A DNA stretch of 64,000 bases from Dehalococcoidia bacterium (lineage in GTDB: Bacteria; Chloroflexota; Dehalococcoidia; UBA6926): contig OZ250138.1 of NCBI GenBank assembly GCA_965237465.1, positions 1,340,110 to 1,404,109 of the forward strand, written 5' to 3'. The notes under the pieces are model-generated. The model did not search any database. It saw only the letters and a program-made list of their open reading frames with translations, and was not told the origin of the DNA. Of this stretch, positions 48,763 to 57,627 are shown piece after piece. The position numbers and the translations under genes were made by a program. Each line of letters starts with the position of its first letter. The first letter of the stretch is position 1.

Positions 48763-50380
48763 ATGGCGGAAACTGCTCTCAACATGATTGCCACGGCCCA
48801 CGTGGCGTACATGTTCACCGACGTCTTTAGCCCATATGACGAGCCGGAATGGACTGAGCGGCTCAAGCAATTGCGACCCAGAATCGAACGCGTACTGCGC
48901 ACATGCCCTGATCTCCTGGAAGATTACCTGGTCGACGAGGATAAGGACAACGCCCCTCCTTTGGGCTCGTATTTCTCAGACGGCTGGGAAGTATATCGCG
49001 AATACGACATCAGTTCACCTGGAAAGGAAGCAAGCCGAGGTCTGCTTCAATACGGCTTTATTTTTGACCTGCTCTTTCAATCGCAGCGAGACAAGTTCAG
49101 GGCCGAAGGGAGTGAAGATGCAAACACGTATCTCGGATTTCTCGCACGTTTCGGGCAGCGTTGGGATGGGCAGGTCTCGGCTGGCATCGCCATCTTACAA
49201 GCGCCGCAATTCGCGAGCTTCTTGACTCCCCGAGGACCCTCAAGTCCTTTGAATGGTGCGCGATCGTGGACATGTGCGCTGCACTCATGGCGTCGGCCAA
49301 GGAAAAGGAGGGTGACTGGCTTGACGACACATATCCCAACAGTGACCCTGACATTTCGGTGACTTCTCCTCAGCACTGGGCATGGGAGTTTGGCCAAGTT
49401 GCAGCCACTTGGCCGCTCATCAAATTGACTGAGGACGAAATGTATCACGGCGTTGATATTCACACGTTCATTGACTGGCAAAGCGGCTTCATCGCCAAGG
49501 CTCTCGCATACGAAGCCCAGCTCCTGGCACGTCCTGTCGAGCCAATTGACCGGGAAGACATTGGTTGGGCTGAAATCTATACAGGTTTATCGTACGGCGG
49601 ATCAAGTGCTGCCGATCATGGGGCTATGCCCAGATACCCCCATGAATTCCAGTCCGGCCATCAGAATTACTGGCTAATGCGCCTTGGACTGCTCAATGGC
49701 TTTAGCAAGTTGGAGCGCGAATGGAGGGGACAATGGGCCAAAAAACGACCGCCGGAGCAACCCTCAGTCGCCGATAGCGCGACACCTCCTGCAGCTACCG
49801 AGACCGCCAACAACATGTTGATGGTCGGGCCCTCTTCAGAACTTGGACAGGCCGGCATCCGTGCCATAGAGGAAGTGAAACGCCAGCGCGCGGAGCAAAA
49901 CAAGTCTGAGCTCGTAGAGCGCCTGGGGAACTCTGGGAGCAGCTGCCACAAGACGCGCGCGAGTACTTGACAGCAGCCCAGCAGGCCCTTTCGAACGGAC
50001 CTGGATTCAGCAGTGGCGCAAGTCTTGGGTTCGCCAAAGCCGTCGAAGTGGTCCTAGAGGATTGGCTTCCGGCACCAAAGGGGCAGAGAGGCTGGACTGA
50101 CCGCACTATTGGCAAGTGGGCCGGCACCATTGGCAGAATGACTAGCCCAAAGGAGAGGCGGGCCCCCCTTGATCCGGTCCTGCGCAGACAGTTCAACGCC
50201 CGCTACGAAAAGGAGCTTGCCGAGGCCCTCGACATACTCGGAGATCTTCGCGCCCGCGAAGCTCACCACGGCAGGGAGGTGCCGCGCCCTCAACTCGTAC
50301 GCAAATACGTGCTAGGCACGGAGACGCGTCTCAGCATCTTTGAGCTTATTCTCCGATTTGCCAAGCGAATGCGGGATTAG
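48763..50380 (+). pseudogene. hypothetical gene of lower GC, disrupted by two frameshifts
   Basis: Three consecutive ORFs in frames 1, 0 and 2 (48763..49362, 49161..49970, 49967..50380) read as one protein if single-base indels are assumed near 49150-49165 and in the G4 run at 49910-49913 (cgcctggggaactc; ...VERLG/ELWEQLPQDAREYLTAAQQ). Upstream frame 1 is also open from 48598 with protein-like sequence but no start codon. GC visibly below the window average. Confidence 0.6.
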
Positions 50381-50451
50381 CTTCCAACAGCACCCTATCT
50401 GCACCTCAATCCGTTGCCGAAAATGAGTGGAGGCGTTCGGCCCCCCTGCCC

Positions 50452-51297
50452 CTACACCCCTAGAAATCCTCGTGTCACTTCGATGAACTCTTGCGGCTTG
50501 TCTACTGTCACGACGTGACCGGCATTCGGGACGTCTATCCATGTAAGGTTCTTGGCCGTCGCGATCATCTTCTGCTTCAGCGTCTCATCCAGAAGGGGGC
50601 TTTCCAGCCCGCGCACTTCCAGGATCGGCTGCTCGATTGTCTCCAGCGCCTTCCAGTAGCGGTTGATCAGCGTCTCGTCCGTGCCGTCCTTGAGGGGCGA
50701 CGTAAACAGCTCATCGTCCGCCTTCCATCCCCAGGTTCCGTCCGGAGCCTGACGCAGCTTGTCCTCCGTGTCCTTGCGCAGCCGCTGCTCCGTCGCCCAC
50801 GGGTTGCCGGATCGCGCCCAGTCAAAGGCCTCTTCAAAGCTGCCGAATGACAGCGGCGCCGGCGGACGGTCTCCCCACTCCACCTTGGCCCTCTCGCTCG
50901 ATTCCGGCCCGATGTCGACGATGACGATCCGCTCAACCTTCTCCGGGTGCTTCTCGCCCGTATAGAGCAGAGAGTGCCAGCCGCCCATGGACAGTCCGAC
51001 CAACACGAACCGGTCAAATCCGAGGGCCACGACAAGCTCATCAAGGTCCTCGACGAACCGATCTCGGTCATAGCCGGTCGAAGCGTGCTCGCTCTCGCCA
51101 TGGCCTCGCTGATCGACGGTCACGACATGGAAGTTGGGCGCCATCGCCTCCGCGAATTCCTCCCAGATGCCCGCCTGCCCCGTGTGGCCGTGCAGGCACA
51201 CCATGGGCATCTTGCCCTCAGAGCCCCAATCGAAATAGCGCAACCGAACGCCGTTTACCGTGACATGCTTCTCTTGAGCCTTCGTCGTAGTCATCAT
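50452..51297 (-). CDS. alpha/beta hydrolase fold protein
   Basis: 281 aa. HG oxyanion motif (MVCLHGHTG), nucleophile elbow GLSMGG, C-terminal His. Confidence 0.8.
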   Translation of the reverse strand: MMTTTKAQEKHVTVNGVRLRYFDWGSEGKMPMVCLHGHTGQAGIWEEFAEAMAPNFHVVTVDQRGHGESEHASTGYDRDRFVEDLDELVVALGFDRFVLVGLSMGGWHSLLYTGEKHPEKVERIVIVDIGPESSERAKVEWGDRPPAPLSFGSFEEAFDWARSGNPWATEQRLRKDTEDKLRQAPDGTWGWKADDELFTSPLKDGTDETLINRYWKALETIEQPILEVRGLESPLLDETLKQKMIATAKNLTWIDVPNAGHVVTVDKPQEFIEVTRGFLGV

Positions 51298-51385
51298 TCA
51301 CTCCCTCCTACTCCCCAATCCACCCGCGTCATTCTACCAGTCATCGCTCTGGGGCACGGGGCCTCTGTCCAGTACAATCACATAC

Positions 51386-52111
51386 ATGAGCACGGATTCG
51401 CGAGCAATCGCTATGCTGATCGACGGAGACAATGCTCAGCCGTCCCTTATTGAGCATGTCCTGGCTGAAACAGCCAAATATGGGCAGGTTACTACCCGCC
51501 GCATCTATGGTGACTGGACCGAGCAGAACATGTCCGGCTGGAAAGACACCTTGCACACCCACGCCATTCAGCCGACTCAGCAGTTCCGATATACGACCGG
51601 CAAGAATGCCACCGATAGCGCACTAATCATCGACGCCATGGACCTGTTGCATGGTGGCACGGTTCAGGGATTCTGCATCGTCTCCAGTGACAGCGATTTC
51701 ACCCGATTGGCGACGAGAATTCGTGAACAAGGGCTGTTTGTGATGGGCATCGGCAGGTCCCAGACGCCAGACGCGTTTGTTAAAGCCTGCGAGGTGTTTG
51801 TGTACGCGGAGAACCTGGGACCGCAGAACAAGCCCAATGTTCAAAGAACCAGGAAAGCCAAGACTGATGAGCCTCCTGCCTGGATTGAAATGGTCGCTCG
51901 CACCATAGAGGAAACCGCTCAGGAAGATGGCTGGGCTGACCTAGGCAACATCGGTAGCTACTTGCGCCAATTGGACCCAGCTTTTGACACGCGCACGCAC
52001 GGTCACAAACAGTTGTCGCAACTCATCAGGAGCCGCTCAGACTTATTTGAGTTGCGTGAGACCAAGCCCGGAGGCGGGGCTACCGTGTTTCACGTAAGGC
52101 TCAAGACCTAG
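51386..52111 (+). CDS. NYN (LabA-like) domain protein with C-terminal OST-HTH/LOTUS domain
   Basis: N-terminal AMLIDGDNAQPSLIEHVL...IVSSDSDFTRLATRIRE (NYN/PIN-like RNase fold). C-terminal WADLGNIGSYLRQLDPAFDTRTHGHKQLSQLI (OST-HTH). Confidence 0.75.
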   Translation: MSTDSRAIAMLIDGDNAQPSLIEHVLAETAKYGQVTTRRIYGDWTEQNMSGWKDTLHTHAIQPTQQFRYTTGKNATDSALIIDAMDLLHGGTVQGFCIVSSDSDFTRLATRIREQGLFVMGIGRSQTPDAFVKACEVFVYAENLGPQNKPNVQRTRKAKTDEPPAWIEMVARTIEETAQEDGWADLGNIGSYLRQLDPAFDTRTHGHKQLSQLIRSRSDLFELRETKPGGGATVFHVRLKT

Positions 52112-52116
52112 CGCCT

Positions 52117-52142
52117 GGATTCCCGCTTTCGCGGGAATGACG
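52117..52142 (-). repeat. REP-like palindromic element copy in inverse orientation (ggATTCCCGCtttcGCGGGAATgacg)
   Basis: Reverse complement is cgtcATTCCCGCgaaaGCGGGAATcc, consensus with a CGGC to CCGC stem variant. Forms the left terminal inverted repeat of the composite element 52117-52225. Confidence 0.7.
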
Positions 52143-52155
52143 GGTGGACAGCGTT

Positions 52156-52193
52156 TGCAGAGGCGTTGTGCGTGTGGCGCAGGGCCTTTGGCG
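52156..52193. repeat. perfect 14-bp inverted repeat hairpin (TGTGCGTGTGGCGC...GCGCCACACGCACA) with 10-nt loop
   Basis: Arms 52156-52169 and 52180-52193 are exact reverse complements. Sits between two oppositely oriented REP-like copies. Confidence 0.85.
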
Positions 52194-52199
52194 CCACAC

Positions 52200-52225
52200 G
52201 CACAGTCATTCGTCATTCCGGCAAA
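52200..52225 (+). repeat. REP-like palindromic element copy (cgtcATTCCGGCaaaaGCCGGAATtc)
   Basis: Preceded by a tandem duplication of GTCATTC (52194-52200). Confidence 0.7.
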
Positions 52226-52263
52226 AGCCGGAATTCATGTCCTCGCTTCGTAGATCCCGCCCT

Positions 52264-53367
52264 TCAACCCTCGTACACGCTCGTGTCCGGGAAGAGATCA
52301 ACCCATGCGAACCAGAAGGATGGAGTTGCGGGGAACTGGGTGAGGCGCGCGCCAGTCAACGGTCCGCCTGTCGCTTCCCCGCCGGAGGTCGTCCACATGC
52401 TGCCTGTCTCGGCGTCCCGCATCAGAAGACTCTTGTCACCGGAATCCTCAACACTTTCGAAGGTCAACAGCCTGCCATCAAGAGTCCGGCGCCAGGCCAC
52501 CGCTGCGCCCGCCGCGGCATCATATGTGACGACGATGTCCTCATCGCCAAGCGTGTCGTTCACGATGGGCGACTCAATCAGCGCAGCATACGGGTAGGCC
52601 CGTTTGGCTGTCCCGACCTCCAGCCCCAGGACAAACTCCTTGGCGGCGAGACGGTCATCCTGAACCAGTCGCCCCAGGACGCCGGACCGCGAGTCAGCGT
52701 AATAGGAGTCATATGTATCCACTCGGTAGAGGCCCTGTTTGTCCAGCACGAGGGTCTGCGGATACAATTCCTCCCACGCCTCCCACGCCATGAGCCGCGA
52801 CGGGATCAGGTCAAGAACGGCGCCTTCATGCGAGCCAGCAATGGCCCTGCCATACGCCTGGCTCCACTCGGAGTCCGTCTGGTCATCAAACATCACCAGG
52901 TTGTTGAGGATCAGCTTTCCGGAGACGCCGAAGGTCAGCGTGTCGCCGTCCACCTCTCGGCCATACACGATGGCCGTGTAGCACAGGGGTCACCACGTAA
53001 CGGCGATGGGCGCGCCACCGAGGACGTCATTGACGATCTCATGCCTGCTGAGCATGGCCGTGGGATAGGCGCGCGCCTCGCCGTCGATCTCCACGCCGAT
53101 GACCGGCTCCTCCGCCTCCATCCACGCCTCAGCGTCGGCGGCGTTCACGAACTCCGGATCTCTGATCGCGGGAATCGCGTCCTTGCTGGTCACCGTGAAC
53201 ACCTGCAGATTCCGATCAACGGCGCGCGGCGTGGCTGCCGCATCGCGCTCATCGGCAACCGGATCAACCGTATACGGAACCTCAATCTCATCCTGGCCAA
53301 TGCCGCCGGGATTGCAGGCTAGCGCGACCAGGATGGCCACGCCCACCGCAGCAATGGCGGTTGCCAT
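52264..53367 (-). CDS. candidate selenoprotein: DUF3179 family exported protein with U-P-L-C motif (in-frame TGA at 52990-52992)
   Basis: Track ORFs 52990..53424 and 52264..52968 are in the same frame, separated only by TGA. Translation ...HEIVNDVLGGAPIAVTW-TGA-PLCYTAIVYGREVDGDTLTFGVSGKLILNNLVMFDDQTDSEWSQ... spans the conserved CPLC region of DUF3179. Start at ATG 53365-53367 gives the signal peptide MATAIAAVGVAILVALAC. Confidence 0.6.
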
Positions 53368-53615
53368 CCTGCCAGCGAAGACCTGTCGCCGAGCGCCGTC
53401 AGTCAAACCATGTCTAAGTCGCATTGAACCAGTCTATCCACGAACGAAGCAGGGGACGACCAACTGCGAAACGAGGCGGATTCCTCCGGAGATTTACGTC
53501 GCAATAGGTGGAAAATGGCTTCGGATCATGTGTGCAAAGGTTGGCGGGATTTGGTAACCTAGGGTTTTCCGGCACGTCCTGCGCCGGGAGACAGCGGCCC
53601 TGTAGCACCTGGAAG

Positions 53616-55037
53616 GTGGCTGTGGACGACGTAGAGTTGCATGACGCTTGCGGCGTCGTCGGCGCGTATCTCCCGCACGGCGACGCAGCCCGAGTAACTT
53701 TTTTCGGTATCTTCTCCCTTCAACACCGCGGCCAGGAAAGCGCTGGCATCGCCACCGCCGATGAAAACGGCAGAATCCACCTCCACCGGGCCCTTGGCCT
53801 TGTCAATGCCGTCTTTGATGAAGAGACGCTGGACGTCCTGCCAGGCAAGCTGGCCATCGGACACACCCGATACTCAACCACCGGCTCCTCCACGCTAGCC
53901 AACGCCCAGCCGCTCACCGCCAAGGGGCCTCTTGGCGAGATATTGGTCGCCCACAACGGCAACATCGTCAACTCCGAGCTCCTCCGCAACGAGGCAATTG
54001 AGTTAGGCGCCGACTTTGTCACCACGACGGACACGGAAGTCATCGCGCAGCTTATTGCCGTGTCCCCCGGCGATAGGTGGGAGGACAAGATCGCCTTTGC
54101 GATGCGAAGGTTGGAGGGCGCCTACAGTCTGACCATCCTCACAAAGGACGCAGTTTTTGTGGTCCGGGACCCGCACGGGTTCAGGCCTCTCTGCCTTGGA
54201 CGCCTGGATGGCGGATGGATGGCGGCGTCAGAGACGTGCGCGCTGGAGAATGTGGCCGCCGAGTTTGTGCGGGACATTGAGCCCGGCGAGATCGTGCGGA
54301 TTGACAGGAACGGCGTCACGTCAACAATGTCGCAACGTCGCGAGACGCGCGCGCTCTGCATCTTTGAGCACATCTATTTCTCCCGCCCGGATTCCCTTCT
54401 TGAGGGTCGGCGCGTCTACATGAGCCGCGAGGCGATGGGCAAGGAGCTGGCGCGAATTCACCCAGTGGAGGCGGACATCGTGAGCGCCGTTCCGGATTCG
54501 GCGACGGCCGCCGGCATTGGCTACGCCCACGGCTCCGGCATCCCGTTCTTTGAGACCATGGTTAAGAATCGGTACGTGGGGCGCACGTTCATTCATCCGG
54601 ACCAGCGGCTGCGCGACCAGGGCGTGCGCCTGAAGCTGACTCCCATGAAAGAAGTCATTGAGAACAAGCGCCTTGTAATGGTCGACGACAGCATCGTGCG
54701 GGGCACAACGACAAGGCGCGTGGTGGACCTTCTCCGAGGCGCAGGCGCAAAGGAGATACACCTGCGCGTGTGCGCGCCGCCCATCCGTTTCCCGTGTCAC
54801 TACGGCATCGACATGCCAAATCGCGAGGAGCTGCTGGCGGCCAATTCCAGCGTGGAAGAGGTGCGGGACGAGCTTGGCGTCGACAGCCTGGGCTTCCTTG
54901 ACGTCCCAGCCCTGTACAGGTCCGTCGCGCAGGAGGGACCGGGGTTCTGCGTGGCGTGCTTCACGGGGGAATATACGGTGCCCGTACAGGTCCAGCTCGA
55001 TAAATTCTCATTGGAGCGCGTCTCCCTGCGTGCCTGA
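53616..55037 (+). CDS. purF: amidophosphoribosyltransferase with short N-terminal propeptide
   Basis: The catalytic Cys codon (TGC 53649) is preceded by in-frame GTG 53616/53622 or TTG 53637 and no ATG, implying a ~5-11 aa propeptide as in B. subtilis PurF. GAT domain CGVVG, PRT domain, and a 4-Cys cluster in the C-terminal half. Confidence 0.8.
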   Translation: MAVDDVELHDACGVVGAYLPHGDAARVTFFGIFSLQHRGQESAGIATADENGRIHLHRALGLVNAVFDEETLDVLPGKLAIGHTRYSTTGSSTLANAQPLTAKGPLGEILVAHNGNIVNSELLRNEAIELGADFVTTTDTEVIAQLIAVSPGDRWEDKIAFAMRRLEGAYSLTILTKDAVFVVRDPHGFRPLCLGRLDGGWMAASETCALENVAAEFVRDIEPGEIVRIDRNGVTSTMSQRRETRALCIFEHIYFSRPDSLLEGRRVYMSREAMGKELARIHPVEADIVSAVPDSATAAGIGYAHGSGIPFFETMVKNRYVGRTFIHPDQRLRDQGVRLKLTPMKEVIENKRLVMVDDSIVRGTTTRRVVDLLRGAGAKEIHLRVCAPPIRFPCHYGIDMPNREELLAANSSVEEVRDELGVDSLGFLDVPALYRSVAQEGPGFCVACFTGEYTVPVQVQLDKFSLERVSLRA

Positions 55038-56067
55038 CCAGCGATCTTCCTACGCCTCCGCAGGCGTCGATATAAACGCCGGCCAGGAGGCCGTCCGCCT
55101 GATGCGCCCTCACGCGCAGTCCACCTACAATTCCCGCGTGCTTGGCGACATCGGCGGATTCGGCGGCCTCTTCAAGCTGGACGGCTACCGCGAGCCTATT
55201 CTCGTCGCGAGCACGGACGGCGTCGGCACCAAGATCAACATTGCCATGGCGATGGACTCTTTCGCCAGCGTCGGCGCGGACCTCGTGAACCACTGCATCA
55301 ATGATCTGTGGGTGCAGGGCGCGGACCCACTGTTTTTCCTGGACTATATCGCAACGGGCCAACTGGAACCCCGCCATGCCGCGGAGCTGGTGCGCGGGAT
55401 GTCGGAGGCATGTCTCGCCGCTGGCTGCGCCCTGATCGGGGGCGAAACGGCGGAGATGCCCGGGACATATCAGGAGGGCAAGTACGACGTCGCCGGATTC
55501 ATGGTCGGAGCAGTCGAGCGCTGGGACCTAATTGACGGCTCAGGCATTCGCGCCGGGGACATCCTGATCGGATATCCATCCAACGGCCTGCACACGAACG
55601 GCTACTCGCTCGCGCGCCGCGCGTTCGGGATTGATGAGGATCCGCAACGCCTGACCGAGCGGCCGCTTGAGCTGGGCGGAGAGACGCTGGGTGAGGCCCT
55701 CCTCGCAGTACATCGGCCCTATTACCAGACGCTCAAGCCGGTGCGCCGCCGCCTCAGAGCGCTCGCGCACATCACCGGCGGCGGCTTTCCTGAGAATGTG
55801 CCGCGCATCATGCCGGACCACCTGCAGGCCGTTATTGATTGCGCCTCATGGGACGTTCCTGCAATCTTTCGACTCATTCGGGAGCGCGGTGAGATCGACA
55901 ATGAAGAAATGTACACGGTCTTCAACATGGGGATCGGCATGGTGGCGGTCACTCGACCCGCAGACGCGGAGTCGGCCCTGTCTGCAGTGGAGGGGGCTGT
56001 GCTGATCGGCGCCGTGCAAGAACGGCCGGAAGGCGGGGAGCATGTCGTCCTCCGCATGGATTCATAG
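55030..56067 (+). CDS. purM: phosphoribosylformylglycinamidine cyclo-ligase (AIR synthetase)
   Basis: GTG 55030 gives (M)PDQRSSYASAGVDINAGQ, the canonical PurM N-terminus. Overlaps the purF stop by 8 nt. The caller's longer ORF is antisense-frame overlap of purF. Confidence 0.85.
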   Translation: MPDQRSSYASAGVDINAGQEAVRLMRPHAQSTYNSRVLGDIGGFGGLFKLDGYREPILVASTDGVGTKINIAMAMDSFASVGADLVNHCINDLWVQGADPLFFLDYIATGQLEPRHAAELVRGMSEACLAAGCALIGGETAEMPGTYQEGKYDVAGFMVGAVERWDLIDGSGIRAGDILIGYPSNGLHTNGYSLARRAFGIDEDPQRLTERPLELGGETLGEALLAVHRPYYQTLKPVRRRLRALAHITGGGFPENVPRIMPDHLQAVIDCASWDVPAIFRLIRERGEIDNEEMYTVFNMGIGMVAVTRPADAESALSAVEGAVLIGAVQERPEGGEHVVLRMDS

Positions 56068-57627
56068 ATGACGTTTCAAGCGCTTTTCAGCATGTCAGAC
56101 AAGGTCCGCGCCGCCGACCTCGCCCGGGGTCTCGTTGGCCTTGGCTGGAACATCTGCTCAACCGGCGGCACGCATCGCGCCTTGACTGAGGCCGGCATAG
56201 AGGCCATGCCCATTGAGACGCTTACGGGATTCCCGGAAATGCTGGACGGTCGCGTCAAGACCTTGCACCCGCGCGTCTACGGAGGAATCCTGGCGCGGCG
56301 AGAGGATCCCGACCACGTCGCGCAGCTGCAACAGCATGACATCGCCACGATAGACCTCGTGGCCGTGAACCTGTATCCATTCGTCGAGACCGTATCGCGG
56401 CCGGACGTCCAGCTGATGGATGCATTGGAACAGATCGACATCGGCGGCCCTTCGCTGCTGCGCGCCGCGGCCAAGAATTTCCCCGCCGTTATCGTCCTGA
56501 CCGACCCCGCCGACTATGCTCCGGTGCTTGAGATGCTGCAGGCGGGAGTCGTGCCGCTGGCGGAGCGCCGCCGCCTCGCGCGAAAGGCGTTTCAGCATGT
56601 CTCCGCCTATGACACGGCCATCTCGCAGTATCTGGCCCGCGATATGGATGTTGCCGGCATGGGCGATGAGACGGCGGAGCTGCCAAATGAGCGTGTTCTT
56701 GCGCTGCAGGCCGTACAGCGCACGCGATACGGCGAAAACCCTCATCAGTCTGCGGCGCTTTACACGGCGTTTAATCCGGGCCGCCAAGCTGAGGGCATCC
56801 CCTCCGCGAGGCAGCTGCACGGACTGGAGCTATCGTTCAATAACATCCTGGACGCCGACGCCGCCTGGAACATCGTGTGCGATTTCCCGGATCAACTGAC
56901 GGTTGCCGTTATAAAGCACGGCAACCCGTGCGGGCTGGCCACGGCGCCGGACCTTTCGACGGCCTTTCAGCGCGCATTTGCCGGCGATCCCGTGTCCGCG
57001 TTTGGCGGCATCATTGCTTCGAATCGCGCCATGGATCGCGAGACTGCGGAGATTATCAACGATGGATTCTATGAAATAGTAATCGCGCCGTCGTTTGATG
57101 ACGACGCGCTGGCCGTTTTGACCCGAAAGCGCAATCTACGGCTGCTCGAAATGGGCGATGCGACACCACCGGGGCCGAGTCTGGAGGTCCGAACTGTCCG
57201 CGGCGCGCTGCTCCTGCAGACGGCGGATCTCGGCGAGGATGGGTACTGGCGGATCGTGACCGAACGGGCGCCGACCGACGCCGAGATGTCCGACCTTCGA
57301 TTCGCGTGGAAGGCCGCGCGGCACGTGAAATCGAACGCCATCGTCATCGTCAAGGACGGCGCGCTTGCCGGCATGGGCGCCGGCCAGCCAAACCGCCTGA
57401 TCAGCGTTGAGCTTGCACTAAAGCTGGCGGGCGAGGAGGCGCACGGCGGGGTGTTGGCGTCCGATGCCTTTTTCCCGTTCGCGGACGGCCTGGAGACGGC
57501 ACTGAATAGCGGCGTAACGGCCGCAGTCCAGCCCGGCGGCTCAGTGCGTGATCAGGAGGTCATTGACGCCGCCAATCGCGCCGGCGCCGCAATGGTCTTC
57601 ACGGGCGTTCGACACTTCAGACACTGA
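56068..57627 (+). CDS. purH: bifunctional AICAR transformylase / IMP cyclohydrolase
   Basis: 519 aa, N-terminal MGS-like domain, C-terminal AICARFT domain. ATG directly follows the purM TAG. Confidence 0.9.
   Translation: MTFQALFSMSDKVRAADLARGLVGLGWNICSTGGTHRALTEAGIEAMPIETLTGFPEMLDGRVKTLHPRVYGGILARREDPDHVAQLQQHDIATIDLVAVNLYPFVETVSRPDVQLMDALEQIDIGGPSLLRAAAKNFPAVIVLTDPADYAPVLEMLQAGVVPLAERRRLARKAFQHVSAYDTAISQYLARDMDVAGMGDETAELPNERVLALQAVQRTRYGENPHQSAALYTAFNPGRQAEGIPSARQLHGLELSFNNILDADAAWNIVCDFPDQLTVAVIKHGNPCGLATAPDLSTAFQRAFAGDPVSAFGGIIASNRAMDRETAEIINDGFYEIVIAPSFDDDALAVLTRKRNLRLLEMGDATPPGPSLEVRTVRGALLLQTADLGEDGYWRIVTERAPTDAEMSDLRFAWKAARHVKSNAIVIVKDGALAGMGAGQPNRLISVELALKLAGEEAHGGVLASDAFFPFADGLETALNSGVTAAVQPGGSVRDQEVIDAANRAGAAMVFTGVRHFRH

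Noticed and set aside
52144-53322. 392-aa + strand ORF
   Set aside because: Antisense to the DUF3179 gene. It begins inside the palindromic composite element and has no family similarity.
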